Position numbers and translations under genes: made by a program. This document shows, one piece after another, positions 10,108-21,012 of a stretch of 64,000 nucleotides of DNA. Where the stretch lies: contig CBDBKM010000010.1 of assembly GCA_965206695.1 (NCBI GenBank), positions 224,001 to 288,000 on the forward strand, written 5' to 3'. This stretch comes from Chlamydiales bacterium. Lineage in GTDB: Bacteria > Chlamydiota > Chlamydiia > Chlamydiales > JAAZZY01. The notes under the pieces were generated by a model. That model was not told the DNA's origin. It made no database searches and saw only the letters and a list, made by a program, of their open reading frames with translations. The first letter of the stretch is position 1. Every line of letters starts with the position of its first letter.

Positions 10108-10329
10108 CTATTCTTTAAAAGCTGAATGATATTTGATTTTAAATCGATTAAGAGCATCAAGAAGCATCGTACGCATCATTGAATCCATTACTTCACGATA
10201 TCGTTTTTGAAAAGCGGCTTTTTTATTATCCGATTCAATTGTGAATTCAGAGGATAGCGATTGATTGGATTGGTTAGAAAAACAAGCGGAGGAAGATTGT
10301 ACAGGGGTTATAGAAGACATATTATACAT
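10108..10329 (-). CDS. Small hypothetical protein (73 aa), Ser-rich N-terminus
   Basis: ORF directly downstream of parC; low-complexity N-terminus and helical C-terminus. Confidence 0.5.
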   Translation of the reverse strand: MYNMSSITPVQSSSACFSNQSNQSLSSEFTIESDNKKAAFQKRYREVMDSMMRTMLLDALNRFKIKYHSAFKE

Positions 10330-10342
10330 AAATGGTTTATTA

Positions 10343-12262
10343 TTAATTAGTTTTTTTATTTAAAAAAGGAGTCAATTTTTTGAATTCTTTATTGGCAACA
10401 CGAATGCCCTTGGCGCTGACCCCCTTGATCATGACGTCATCAAAGTTGAAGGTCAGTTTTTTTAGCTTTTGCTTGGCTCTCGATTTGAAATGAATAATTA
10501 CGGTGGGTTCTTTTTCAGAAGAGAAGAATTCAAGCAACATGTCGGGCTCAATAAAATGATAGACTTTATCAAGGATGAATTTTTTAATGATGAATCGTTT
10601 AGCGTAAGGATAGTTAGTGACCGGATCTCGATAAATCACTGTATGAACGGTTTCTTTATCGGCAACAATGACTTCTATTAACTTGTCTTGCTTTGCTAAA
10701 ACATATTCTTTTTCAGGTGGATTAATCACTTTATAGGATCCACTTTCAAAAAATAATAAAATTTTATCCAAGTTAGAACAGGTTATGCCGGTTGGATCAG
10801 CAACTTTTGAACCTACAAATCCTTTTTTATAATCTATGCCTATTTTTATGTCTCGTTTGGAAACAGTTTTTAAATCGATCTGTTCAATTGAGGTAATTTG
10901 AGTGTTTCGAGGAAATAAAAAACCATATTTCTTCAGAAGATCTTTAAGGTATTTGACGGTAAAACGGGTTAGATTAGAAAGATTCTTATGGATTTGAGAA
11001 AGCTTATCTTCATATTGGGCAATTTCTTTTTGATTACGCTCTAAGTCAAAACGAGAAATTCGTCTGATAGGAATATTCAGTAGCTTTTCACGATCTTCAT
11101 AAATAGGGATATGTCCTTTAAGAAGTTTATGAAAAGGTTGAAGGCTTTTTTCTATAGTAGCATGGATTTTCTCATAGGAATTAATTTCCTCAAGTTTTTT
11201 ATAAAGTCGGTTTTCAATGAAAATTTGCTCAAGGGTTTGAGCGAAGATTTTTTGTTCGAATCGTTTTCTTTCAATTTCTAATTCTTGCTGTAAGCTGGCT
11301 TTTAGAAAGGAGGAATGTTCATGTAATACATCATGAGTATTTGTCTCCCATGGGAGATTATCTTTAATCGCTATAATTTGTGAATTAATAGAGACTTCAC
11401 ACTCAGTAAAAGCATAAAGCGAATCAAAGAGATCAGCTGCATATTGTCCTCTTGGCAGTTTAATTTCTATTTGCACTTTATCGGTTGTATAGTCATTAAT
11501 GGATTCAATTTTGATTTTTCCTTTTTTAGCGGCGTCATCGATTGAATTCATTAGAGACTCGGCCGTTGTTCCATAACATATTTCGGAAATAACAATGGTT
11601 TTGGAATCGATAATATTTAACTTGGCTCGTAATTTAATCTTACCTTGACCTTTGTCATATTGAGATATATCAATAATACCACCGGTAGGAAAGTCGGGAA
11701 AAATTTCAAATTTATTTTTCTGCAAAATCGCAATTTCAGCTTCTAGAAGTTCTACAAAATTATGAGGTAGAATTTTAGTCGCCATTCCAACAGCTATTCC
11801 CTCCGCACCCTGTAAAAGTAAAAGAGGTATTTTTGCCGGTAATCTTAAAGGTTCTTTTTTACGCGAATCATATGAAAGGATATAAGAGGTAATATCCGGA
11901 TTAAAAATCGTTTCTTTTGCTAAAGAAGATAGTTTGGTTTCAATATACCTGGCAGCAGCAGCGGGATCTCCTGTATAAATGTTACCAAAGTTTCCTTGCA
12001 TTTCTAAAAGATAGCCTTTATTGGCTATGTTAATCAATGCATCTCCAATGGGAGCATCTCCATGAGGATGATAAGCCATTGTTTGTCCGACAACATTAGC
12101 AACTTTATGTAATTTACCATCATCCATGGTAAAGAGAGTGTGCAAAATTCTTCTCTGAACAGGTTTTAAACCATCAATTGCATCAGGGATAGCCCGATCT
12201 AAAATGACATAGGAGGCATACTGTATATAATTTTTACGCATTAACTGCTTAAGATCATCCAT
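10343..12262 (-). CDS. parC: DNA topoisomerase IV subunit A (chlamydial short form)
   Basis: DGLKPVQRR, YHPHGD, AAARYIE (catalytic Tyr), GIAVGMATK. Confidence 0.9.
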   Translation of the reverse strand: MDDLKQLMRKNYIQYASYVILDRAIPDAIDGLKPVQRRILHTLFTMDDGKLHKVANVVGQTMAYHPHGDAPIGDALINIANKGYLLEMQGNFGNIYTGDPAAAARYIETKLSSLAKETIFNPDITSYILSYDSRKKEPLRLPAKIPLLLLQGAEGIAVGMATKILPHNFVELLEAEIAILQKNKFEIFPDFPTGGIIDISQYDKGQGKIKLRAKLNIIDSKTIVISEICYGTTAESLMNSIDDAAKKGKIKIESINDYTTDKVQIEIKLPRGQYAADLFDSLYAFTECEVSINSQIIAIKDNLPWETNTHDVLHEHSSFLKASLQQELEIERKRFEQKIFAQTLEQIFIENRLYKKLEEINSYEKIHATIEKSLQPFHKLLKGHIPIYEDREKLLNIPIRRISRFDLERNQKEIAQYEDKLSQIHKNLSNLTRFTVKYLKDLLKKYGFLFPRNTQITSIEQIDLKTVSKRDIKIGIDYKKGFVGSKVADPTGITCSNLDKILLFFESGSYKVINPPEKEYVLAKQDKLIEVIVADKETVHTVIYRDPVTNYPYAKRFIIKKFILDKVYHFIEPDMLLEFFSSEKEPTVIIHFKSRAKQKLKKLTFNFDDVMIKGVSAKGIRVANKEFKKLTPFLNKKTN

Positions 12263-12264
12263 GT

Positions 12265-14136
12265 TTAGCTTTCCTCACTAGGTTCTTTAGCAGTACAAGG
12301 TTCGAGGTCTTTTAACAATGCTTCTTCATTAATAAGATTTTGCATAATAAATTGTTTTCTATCAGGGGTATTTTTCCCCATGTAAAATTCAATGGTAGGT
12401 TTGATGTCGGAGAACTGATTAACGGTTACAGGAGTTAAGTGCATTTCATCTCCTATAAATTGCTTGAATTCATTGGGCGAAATTTCCCCTAATCCTTTAA
12501 ACCTAGTGATTTCAATATTTTTACCTTTAAGTTTTTTGATAGCTTTATCTCTTTCATTTTCAGAGTAGCAATAGAGAGTAGCGTCTTTATTTCTAACTTT
12601 AAAAATAGGCGTTTCTAAAATATAGATATGATTATTAAGAACTAAGCCTTCAAAGTATGTAAGAAAAAATGTAATTAATAAGTTGCGGATATGTAGCCCA
12701 TCCACATCAGCATCAGTAGCTAAAATGATTTTATTATATCTTAAATTAGCCAGATCTTCTTCCACATTTAATGCGTTCATAAGATTGAACATTTCTTTAT
12801 TTTTATACAGCTGATCTCGTTTTAAACCGTGAACGTTTAACGGCTTTCCTCTTAAGGAAAAGACTGCTTGAGTGAATGGATCTCGAGAAGCCACAATAGA
12901 AGCACTGGCAGAATCTCCTTCTGTGAGAAAGATCATAGACTTTTCACTTTTTTCATTTTGATCTGAATAGTGATACTTACAGTCTCGCAGCTTCGGAATT
13001 TTAAAAGAGATCTTCTTTTGTTTTTCCTTGGCAACCTTTTTTACAGAAGCTAATTCTTTACGTAGCTTTTCATTAAAAGCGGTTCGTTCGATAATTTTTT
13101 TAGCGCTATCTTCATTTTTATATAATAGCTCAGCTACTGCATCTCTAATCTCTTGAACAAGAGGGGCTCGTATTTCGGTGTTACCGAGCTTGTTTTTAGT
13201 TTGAGATTCAAAGATAGGGTCTTTGATACGAATTAAAATGGCAGATACAATACCTTCTCGGACATCGATACCCTGAAAATTTTTTTTGGCATAAGCATTA
13301 ACCCCTTTTAAGACTCCTTCTCGAAAAGCGGATAAATGGGTGCCTCCATCAGCCGTATATTGTCCATTGACAAAGGCAAAATGACTTTCTCCATAACTTT
13401 GAGTATGTAGAAAAGCAAATTCAAGTGTCTTACTCCTATAATGAAGAGGTTTATAGAGTTGATCATCGTGTACCTCATTATTAAGTAAATCTAAAAGACC
13501 GTGTTCAGAATAGATTTCTTGTTTATTAAAATAAAGCTTTAGGCCTTGGTTTAAATAGGCATAATTCCAAAGACGTTTTAAAATAAACTCTTCTTGATAA
13601 TTATATTTTTTGAAGATCTCTGCATCCGGAATAAACTCGGCATATGTGCCATCTTTTTCCTTGCTTTTGCCCTTCTTTTTTTTGAGAAGCTTGCCTTGAG
13701 AAAAACCGGCTTCGACAAAGTTTCCATCTCGAAAACTTCTGACAAGAAAGTGAGAAGAGAGAGCGTTAACAGCTTTCGTACCAACGCCATTAAGGCCGAC
13801 TGAAAATTGAAAAACGTCATCGTTATATTTAGCACCGGTATTAATTTGGCTGATACATTCGATGAGCTTTCCTAAAGGGATTCCTCTACCAAAATCACGG
13901 ATAGAAATTTGCTTTGACTTACGATCATAATAGATTTGGATTTTCTTACCCTTCCCCATGATAAATTCGTCGATACTGTTATCAATGATTTCTTTTAAAA
14001 GGATATAAATACCATCTTCCGGATGAGAGCCGTCCCCTAAGCGTCCAATATACATTCCTGTACGCAAGCGTATATGAGAAAGGGCATCTAAAGTTTGGAT
14101 TGCTTCTTCGTCGTAATTTTTGGCCATACCTTGCAA
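12265..14136 (-). CDS. parE: DNA topoisomerase IV subunit B
   Basis: EIIDNSIDE, GLNGVG, TEGDSA, LRGKPLN, DADVDG, RFKGLGE. Confidence 0.9.
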   Translation of the reverse strand: MQGMAKNYDEEAIQTLDALSHIRLRTGMYIGRLGDGSHPEDGIYILLKEIIDNSIDEFIMGKGKKIQIYYDRKSKQISIRDFGRGIPLGKLIECISQINTGAKYNDDVFQFSVGLNGVGTKAVNALSSHFLVRSFRDGNFVEAGFSQGKLLKKKKGKSKEKDGTYAEFIPDAEIFKKYNYQEEFILKRLWNYAYLNQGLKLYFNKQEIYSEHGLLDLLNNEVHDDQLYKPLHYRSKTLEFAFLHTQSYGESHFAFVNGQYTADGGTHLSAFREGVLKGVNAYAKKNFQGIDVREGIVSAILIRIKDPIFESQTKNKLGNTEIRAPLVQEIRDAVAELLYKNEDSAKKIIERTAFNEKLRKELASVKKVAKEKQKKISFKIPKLRDCKYHYSDQNEKSEKSMIFLTEGDSASASIVASRDPFTQAVFSLRGKPLNVHGLKRDQLYKNKEMFNLMNALNVEEDLANLRYNKIILATDADVDGLHIRNLLITFFLTYFEGLVLNNHIYILETPIFKVRNKDATLYCYSENERDKAIKKLKGKNIEITRFKGLGEISPNEFKQFIGDEMHLTPVTVNQFSDIKPTIEFYMGKNTPDRKQFIMQNLINEEALLKDLEPCTAKEPSEES

Positions 14137-14218
14137 GATAAATTGAAATGATACATTCTATTAAGTTTCATTTTGGATCAAAGACAGGTTTTTTGCAACT
14201 CAACTTTAGGCTTTACAA

Positions 14219-15262
14219 TTGAACCCGACACAAAATAACAATAAAGATAAAAGTAATTTTTTTAATAACAGTATTATTTTAATTACCGGAGGCACAGGAA
14301 GTTTTGGTAGAGCTATTACAAAAAAAATTTTAAAAAACTATCAGCCTCGTAAAGTTATTATTTTTAGTCGCGATGAATGCAAGCAATGGGAGATGCGAAC
14401 ATCTGACCCTATCTTTGATCATGATTGTATTCGTTATTTTTTAGGAGATGTTCGTGATAAAGAGCGTTTATTACGAAGTTTCCGTGGGGTGGATTATGTT
14501 GTGCATGCTGCGGCACTTAAACAGGTCCCGGCTGCAGAATATAACCCTTCCGAGTTTGTTAAAACCAATATCAATGGAGCTATGAATGTTATTGAGGCTT
14601 CTATTGATAGCTCTGTAAAAAAAGTTATTACTCTGTCTACTGATAAAGCTGTGGCTCCTGTTAATCTTTATGGAGCTACGAAATTATGTTCGGATAAGCT
14701 TTTTGTTGCCGGTAGTGCTTATGTAGGAGATCAAGAAAATCCGAAATTCGGTGTCGTACGATATGGAAATGTACTGGCTTCCAGAGGCAGTATTATTCAA
14801 TATTGGCAAAATCTTTTAAGAGAAGGGAACTTATCTCTGCCGGTTACAGACTTACGAATGACGCGCTTTTGGATATCAATAGATCAAGCTGTTGATTTTG
14901 TCCTCAAAGCATTTATGGAATTAGTCGGAGGTGAAATCTTTATTCCAAAGATTCCAAGTATGAAAATTGTAGATTTGGCAAAAGCTATTGCACCCAATGC
15001 AGAGGTGAATGTTTGTGGCATTCGAGAGGGAGAAAAGTTACATGAATCTTTAATTAATAATGAAGATGCAAGGTCTTCTTTTGAATTCCCAAGCCATTAT
15101 ATTATTTCTCCTCAATTAGTTACTAAAGGACGTTTATTCCGACCTAATATCTTTAAAGAAATGGGAGGCGTACTTGTAGATGAACACTTTTCCTATGCTT
15201 CAAATACGAATTCGCAGTGGTTAACTTCTAAAGAACTTATGCATCTATTTTCTAAAGAATAG
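14219..15262 (+). CDS. pseB: UDP-N-acetylglucosamine 4,6-dehydratase (inverting)
   Basis: GGTGSFG, SRDECKQ, HAAALKQVPAAEYNP, STDKA, YGATK, MTRFWI. Confidence 0.88.
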   Translation: MNPTQNNNKDKSNFFNNSIILITGGTGSFGRAITKKILKNYQPRKVIIFSRDECKQWEMRTSDPIFDHDCIRYFLGDVRDKERLLRSFRGVDYVVHAAALKQVPAAEYNPSEFVKTNINGAMNVIEASIDSSVKKVITLSTDKAVAPVNLYGATKLCSDKLFVAGSAYVGDQENPKFGVVRYGNVLASRGSIIQYWQNLLREGNLSLPVTDLRMTRFWISIDQAVDFVLKAFMELVGGEIFIPKIPSMKIVDLAKAIAPNAEVNVCGIREGEKLHESLINNEDARSSFEFPSHYIISPQLVTKGRLFRPNIFKEMGGVLVDEHFSYASNTNSQWLTSKELMHLFSKE

Positions 15263-15340
15263 ACATTATAAGACAAATCATTGGTATTTCATTGGCAAGA
15301 AATTGTCATATATTTATAAATTTGTTTTTTAGAATCTTAG

Positions 15341-16378
15341 GTGAGATTTCTTGTCATGCAGGTTGGTCTTTTAGGTTTTAACCACGAATATGCATCTCTA
15401 GATTTACGTGAAAGAGTGTCAAATATCTGTCAGAGATATTTTTTGCGGACATCTGTTTATCAAGACCATTTTTCTTTTGTTTTACTAGCCACTTGTAATC
15501 GAATCGAAATTTACTTTAGTTCATCCAAATTAGCATCAGCTCAAGATACTTTAAATGAGATTCTTATAAGAGAGCTGGATATGAACTTGGATCTTACACT
15601 CTACTCCAAGCATGGAGAGGAATGTTTCAAGCATCTGTCTAGGGTAACAGCAGGGCTAGATAGTGCTATTGTAGCGGAGACTGAAATTCAAGGGCAGGTC
15701 AAACGGGCATATCTTGATGCTTGCTCAAATGGCGGCGTCTGTAAAGAATTACATTTTATCTTTCAAAAGAGCTTACGTATCGGTAAAAAGGTTCGTGCTG
15801 AATTGGGATTCTTTCCTAAAATGCCAACTTTAGAAAAAATCTTGTATACGACTAGTCACGATATCTTAAAGAATCTAGCCTCTTCGAGGGTTTTATTTAT
15901 TGGATCTTCATCCATCAATCGGCAGATTATTCGATATTTTAAAGGTAAGCATATCAATAATATCACGCTTATTAGCCAATCTTTAGAACGGGCTAATGTA
16001 GTCTCCAAAGAGTTTGGTATCATCGCAAAAGATTGGCATTCATTATCGGAATGGTATGAATATGATCTTATTATTTTAGGAACAAAGTATCACTATTTTT
16101 TAATCGATGATAGTTTCCGGGAGATGACAGTTAAGAAGACGAAACTCGTTATTGACCTAAGCGTGCCTAGAAACGTTGACCCCATTATAGAGCGCATACC
16201 AAAACTTACCTTGTTTAATATCGATCAATTGAACGAAATGATTAAAAAGATTCGTCATATTACCTTACAAGAAGTCAAGCATATTGAAATGTTAATTAAT
16301 GAAAATGTCAAAAGGCAAAAGCTCATTTTTCAAGAAAAAGAAAAGGTCTTCCAAGATAAATGGATGCTAAAGCCATGA
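15341..16378 (+). CDS. hemA: Glutamyl-tRNA reductase (short chlamydial form)
   Basis: ATCNRIEIY, GLDSAIVAETEIQGQVK, DLSVPRNVD. Confidence 0.9.
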   Translation: MRFLVMQVGLLGFNHEYASLDLRERVSNICQRYFLRTSVYQDHFSFVLLATCNRIEIYFSSSKLASAQDTLNEILIRELDMNLDLTLYSKHGEECFKHLSRVTAGLDSAIVAETEIQGQVKRAYLDACSNGGVCKELHFIFQKSLRIGKKVRAELGFFPKMPTLEKILYTTSHDILKNLASSRVLFIGSSSINRQIIRYFKGKHINNITLISQSLERANVVSKEFGIIAKDWHSLSEWYEYDLIILGTKYHYFLIDDSFREMTVKKTKLVIDLSVPRNVDPIIERIPKLTLFNIDQLNEMIKKIRHITLQEVKHIEMLINENVKRQKLIFQEKEKVFQDKWMLKP

Positions 16379-17562
16379 AAAAGTTCCTTTTTTTTCTCCT
16401 TTCTCTTGCTTTGCTTACCCTTTTATTACAGCCATTTCTTTATTCTGATGTTGAAGACGAAGAGCATGCAGTTATATTAGTTCCTGTGGATGAAGTAATA
16501 GAACAGAATTATCGCGCTTTTGGAGAGAAGGTTCGTATCCAAGGGAAAGTAAAGGGGAATGTTTATGTTGCATCTCAGTATTTACTAATTGATGGAACGG
16601 TAGACGGGAATGTATACGCAGCTTCAGTTAATATAGAAATATCCGGTCATGTATCAGGGAGTGTACATTTGATTTCGGCTCAAGTTATTATTAGTGGTTC
16701 AATTGACAAAAATATTACCGTTTGTACCGGTGATTTGGAGGTGAGCCCCTATACTGTCATTATGGGAAATATTAGAGCCGCAGCAGCAAATATACGCTTT
16801 GATGGGTTTTTGAAGAAGAATTTTACTGTTCTTTCCGGATATTTTACACTGACGGGACATATCGATGGAAATGTGCATGCAGCAGTAGGCAAAATAAGGT
16901 TGTTAAAAGATGCTTTTATTGAAGGTTCATTGGATTATTGGAGCCGGCAAAAAATTTCCATGCAAAAGGGATCTGTTATTAAGGGAAAGGTAACTCCAAT
17001 GAGAGGACCTCTTTCTTTAATGAGTTATAGCAAAAAAACTTTTAGAAGATTTATGAAGCCCTATATTTTCACTAAAATAGCCAGCTTTATTTCTCTTTTA
17101 GTCATAGGCTTATTCTTTATTCATCAAAGTCCTCAAAATCTGTATAAGGCTACCGAGATACTGAAAGAGTACCCAATAAAAACATTATGGACCGGAATAA
17201 TATTGGTGATTTTAATACCGATTATTATTCTATTTCTGTTGATTACCTTAGTTGGTATTCCTCTGGCCTTTAACTTGATCGCCCTTTACCTCATTCAAAT
17301 TTACATAATCAAAATATTTACAATTTTCCCTATCGGAATACTTGTTTTTAAAAGAATGTGGAAAAAGTTAGCTGTTGGCTGGGCTTATTCTTTCGCTCTT
17401 TTGTGTTATTTTTTGATTACATTAATTCCCATAGTAGGGGTCATTGTTATCTTCCTATCACTCTTTTGGGGCTTCGGGAGCGCTTATCTTGTTCGAAGGA
17501 GATTTAAAGCCATTATCAAACAAAACGTAACTTGTAATTGGGATAATTTATTTTCCAATTAA
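16375..17562 (+). CDS. Bactofilin-like beta-helix repeat protein with C-terminal multi-TM domain
   Basis: Repeated IxGxVxGNV units, then 4-5 hydrophobic helices; ATG overlaps the hemA stop (ATGA). Confidence 0.7.
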   Translation: MKKFLFFLLSLALLTLLLQPFLYSDVEDEEHAVILVPVDEVIEQNYRAFGEKVRIQGKVKGNVYVASQYLLIDGTVDGNVYAASVNIEISGHVSGSVHLISAQVIISGSIDKNITVCTGDLEVSPYTVIMGNIRAAAANIRFDGFLKKNFTVLSGYFTLTGHIDGNVHAAVGKIRLLKDAFIEGSLDYWSRQKISMQKGSVIKGKVTPMRGPLSLMSYSKKTFRRFMKPYIFTKIASFISLLVIGLFFIHQSPQNLYKATEILKEYPIKTLWTGIILVILIPIIILFLLITLVGIPLAFNLIALYLIQIYIIKIFTIFPIGILVFKRMWKKLAVGWAYSFALLCYFLITLIPIVGVIVIFLSLFWGFGSAYLVRRRFKAIIKQNVTCNWDNLFSN

Positions 17563-18980
17563 AAGTCGGCATGTCCGGGTGTTCGTGGGAAAGGTATAAC
17601 ATCTTTCATATTTTCCATTCCGGTTACAAACTGCAACAGTCTTTCAAAACCTAAGCCAAAACCTGCATGAGGAACGGAACCATATTTTCTTAATTCCAAG
17701 TACCACCAGTAAGCTTCTTTATCGAGGTCCATTTCTCGGAATTTATTTTTTAAAATATCATACCGCTCTTCTCTTTGGCCACCACCGATAATTTCTCCAA
17801 TTTGAGAGAATAAAACATCCATTGCAGCGACGGTTAGTCCATCGTCATTATCTCTCATATAGAAAGCTTTGATGTCTCTTGGATAATTTTTTACAAGAAC
17901 AGGACATTTAAAATGCTCTTCGGTAAGGTAACGTTCATGTTCAGATTGCAAATCGAGTCCCCATTTAACAGGGTATTCAAATTTCTTATTTGCCTTTAAA
18001 AGAATATCAACTGCATCTGTGTAGGTAATTCTTTCGAAGGGATTTTTAATGGTACCTTCTAGTCTTTGAATCAAACCTTTACTAACAAATTTATCGAAGA
18101 AAGGTATTTCTTCTGTGCAGTTGTCTAACACTTTTCGAATAACAAATTTTAAATAGCTCTCAGCTAAGTCCATATCATCATTAAGATCAGCAAAGGCAAT
18201 CTCAGGTTCTAACATCCAAAATTCGGCTAAATGACGAGACGTATTGGAGTTTTCTGCTCGAAAGGTTGGGCCAAAGGTATATACATCTGAGAGGGCACAA
18301 GCAAAAGATTCAACATTTAACTGCCCTGAAACAGTAAGATAAGCCGGTTTTCCAAAAAAATCTTTTGAGTAATCTAAATCACCGTTTGGATTAAGAGGCA
18401 GGTTGTCCTTATTGAAACTTGTAACATGAAATAGTTCACCTGCTCCTTCACAGTCAGCTGACGTAATGATAGGTGTATGTATATATAAAAATTCACGATC
18501 TTGAAAAAATTGGTGTGATGCCATAATCAATTCATTTCGGACTCTTGCAATGGCTCCGAAGGTATTGGTTCTGGGCCTAAGGTGTGCAATCGTACGTAAA
18601 TATTCAAACGAATGTCTTTTCTTTTGAAGAACATAACTATTCGCATCACATGGGCCAATTATTTCTACCTTTGATACATGGATTTCGATTTTTTGTTCTT
18701 TTCCGGGGCTTTCAGCTGTAGCACCTGTGATCGATAAAGCGGCTCCTGTTGAAATGGAGGGAATAATATTAGTATAATCAGGAAGATTATTTGGAACGAT
18801 GATTTGTAGATTGCTTAATGTAGAGCCGTCGTTCATTTCAATAAATGAAAAGTCTTTTTGCTGACGTATTGTTCTGACCCAACCTTTTAATGTTATAACT
18901 TCTCCTATTTGAGAAGCTTTGCTTCCAAAAAGAATCTCTTTTATTTTCAAACGCATAGCGTTAGTCCTATTGATTAACAT
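17559..18980 (-). CDS. asnS: Asparagine--tRNA ligase
   Basis: HLRPRTN, LTVSGQL, FRAENSNTSRHLAEFWM, GFGLGFER. Confidence 0.97.
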   Translation of the reverse strand: MLINRTNAMRLKIKEILFGSKASQIGEVITLKGWVRTIRQQKDFSFIEMNDGSTLSNLQIIVPNNLPDYTNIIPSISTGAALSITGATAESPGKEQKIEIHVSKVEIIGPCDANSYVLQKKRHSFEYLRTIAHLRPRTNTFGAIARVRNELIMASHQFFQDREFLYIHTPIITSADCEGAGELFHVTSFNKDNLPLNPNGDLDYSKDFFGKPAYLTVSGQLNVESFACALSDVYTFGPTFRAENSNTSRHLAEFWMLEPEIAFADLNDDMDLAESYLKFVIRKVLDNCTEEIPFFDKFVSKGLIQRLEGTIKNPFERITYTDAVDILLKANKKFEYPVKWGLDLQSEHERYLTEEHFKCPVLVKNYPRDIKAFYMRDNDDGLTVAAMDVLFSQIGEIIGGGQREERYDILKNKFREMDLDKEAYWWYLELRKYGSVPHAGFGLGFERLLQFVTGMENMKDVIPFPRTPGHADF

Positions 18981-19884
18981 ATTTTTTCCTTTTAATGAAA
19001 CTTTTTAGCATTTCAATTTCCTTTACCCATACAGGCAAGCCACCGGGTGTTTCTAAGTATTTTGGCAAGTCTTTTAATGCAGGATGATTCATCATTGCTA
19101 TGAATCCTTCTATTCCAATTTCTCCTTCTCCAATATGAGCATGGCGGTCGCGACGGCTGCCCAGTTCTTTCATCGAATCATTAACATGTAGAGCGTAAAG
19201 GTGTTTGATACCAATATGTTTTTCAAAATCATTAAGCGTTGTCTTCCAACTTTTCATATCTCGAATATCATAACCGGCAGCAAATATATGACAGGTGTCA
19301 ATGCATACTCCAATAGGGATACGATCTTTAACTCGATCAATAATATATCCCAATTCCTTGAATTTATAACCCATATTAGTTCCTTGGCCGGCTGTTGTTT
19401 CTAATAAGAGTCGTAATGAATGACCCTTTAATTGTTTTTCTGTTTCAAGCAAGCTTTCTGCAATACGATCTAAACAATCTTGAGGCTCTTCCTTTAAATA
19501 GGATCCCGGATGAAAATTTAAAAAGGTTAAATTTAATTGTAGGCAGCGCTCGATCTCTTCTGAAAAAGCCTGACGGCTTTTTAATAAACCTTTTTCATTA
19601 GGGGAGCCAAGATTAATTAAATAGCTATCATGAGACATGAGGTTTGTCATTCCGGTTTCTTCTAATGTTTTAAACCAAAGGTCGAGATCTTTTTGAGAAA
19701 AGGTTCTTCCTTTCCATTGTTTTTGATTGCTAGTAAAAATTTGAATGGTAGTGGCGCCAATGCTTGCCCCGTGTTCAAGGGCATGGTGGACACCACCGGC
19801 AATTGAGGTATGCGCCCCAATTAAAGGAGTTGTTTCTGACATATGAGACCTATCAAAGTATATAAATTGGGAATACTCTAGCAT
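18967..19884 (-). CDS. nfo: Endonuclease IV (AP endonuclease)
   Basis: IGAHTS, HDSYLINL, LETTAGQG, CIDTCH, HVNDS, DRH; the real start may be the Met near 19842. Confidence 0.95.
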   Translation of the reverse strand: MLEYSQFIYFDRSHMSETTPLIGAHTSIAGGVHHALEHGASIGATTIQIFTSNQKQWKGRTFSQKDLDLWFKTLEETGMTNLMSHDSYLINLGSPNEKGLLKSRQAFSEEIERCLQLNLTFLNFHPGSYLKEEPQDCLDRIAESLLETEKQLKGHSLRLLLETTAGQGTNMGYKFKELGYIIDRVKDRIPIGVCIDTCHIFAAGYDIRDMKSWKTTLNDFEKHIGIKHLYALHVNDSMKELGSRRDRHAHIGEGEIGIEGFIAMMNHPALKDLPKYLETPGGLPVWVKEIEMLKSFIKRKKYVNQ

Positions 19885-20077
19885 GATATGAAGATGTTGA
19901 CAATATTTGGTATAGTTAGGTCAGGGCTGTTCCATTAAAATTTTTTCTGTATTAAGATTGAGTCTAAAGTATGAATTCCCCAACCTGCTTTTTTTCTAAG
20001 CCCCCGCCTTTTCAATTATGAAGTGCAACAAATTCGTACATTATTATACTCCAAATTTCTTTGATTGAAAACCTCTA

Positions 20078-21012
20078 TAGTGTTTTAATTTTTATTTGAT
20101 AATATGTTATCCTTCTTTTTTTATACAAACAGTAAGGACAAAACAATGCCTAGAGCCTATTCAGTAGATCTTCGAGAGAAAGTATGACAACATATAGAAA
20201 AACATCATGATAAAAAAACAGCCGGCCATATTTTTCAAGTAGGTATCGCAACAATATATCGATGGATCTTGCAAAAAAAGCAAAAAGGACATTTAAAGCC
20301 AATCCGCAGAAAATATGCTTATAAGAAATTAGATGATGAGTTGTTATCTAAATATGTAGAAAAACATCCGGATTATTTTTTATCGGAAATTGCTGATTAT
20401 TTTTCAGTCACTCCGCAAACGATTTTTTATGCCCTTAAAAGATTAAAAATTACACGAAAAAAAAAACTACTCGCTATAAGGAAAGAGATGAAAAGAAACG
20501 GGAAGCTTTTATGAAAGATTTAAAAAATATTCCCTTTGACAAGAGAATTTATCTCGATGAAACCGGGATTCATCAATTTTTATTTCGTGAGTCCGGAAGA
20601 AGCTTACGCGGCAAAAAAGTTTTTGGAGCGGTTTCAGGAAACCGCTTTATAAGGCAAAATATTATTTCAGCCCTATCTAAAGGGCAGTTTTTATCTCCAA
20701 TGTGTTTTGAAGGTACTTGTAATACCGGGTTATTCAATATTTGGCTTAAGGAAGTTTTGACTCCTCAGCTTACACCCGGTAGTGTTCTTATTCTTGACAA
20801 TGCCGGTTTTCACAAGTCAGCGGAAAGCAGGAAAACAGTAGACTCTGCCGGTTGTAAGCTTATGTTTCTTCCTCCCTATTCTCCGGACTTAAATCCTATA
20901 GAAAAATATTGGGCTAATATGAAAAATAAAGTTAGAGAGATATTACGAAAAGTTACGAATTTTAAATTCGCCATTGATCAAGCAATCTTATCAATGTAAA
21001 ATTAAATGACTA
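20078..21012 (+). mobile_element. IS630-family element (type b), copy 1
   Basis: Imperfect 25-bp terminal repeats, TA on both sides, near-identical to 60814-61748. Confidence 0.92.
20146..20999 (+). pseudogene. IS630 transposase with in-frame TGA at codon 14 and an A-run frameshift joining orfA and orfB
   Basis: MPRAYSVDLREKV*QH...; YLDETG, ILDNA, LPPYSPDLNPIE DDE motifs; A10 run near 20457-20467. Confidence 0.85.

Noticed and set aside
20185..20187. TGA recoding (alternative genetic code)
   Set aside because: Several intact genes end in TGA (e.g. hemA) and Trp is TGG; in-frame TGA occurs only in IS genes.
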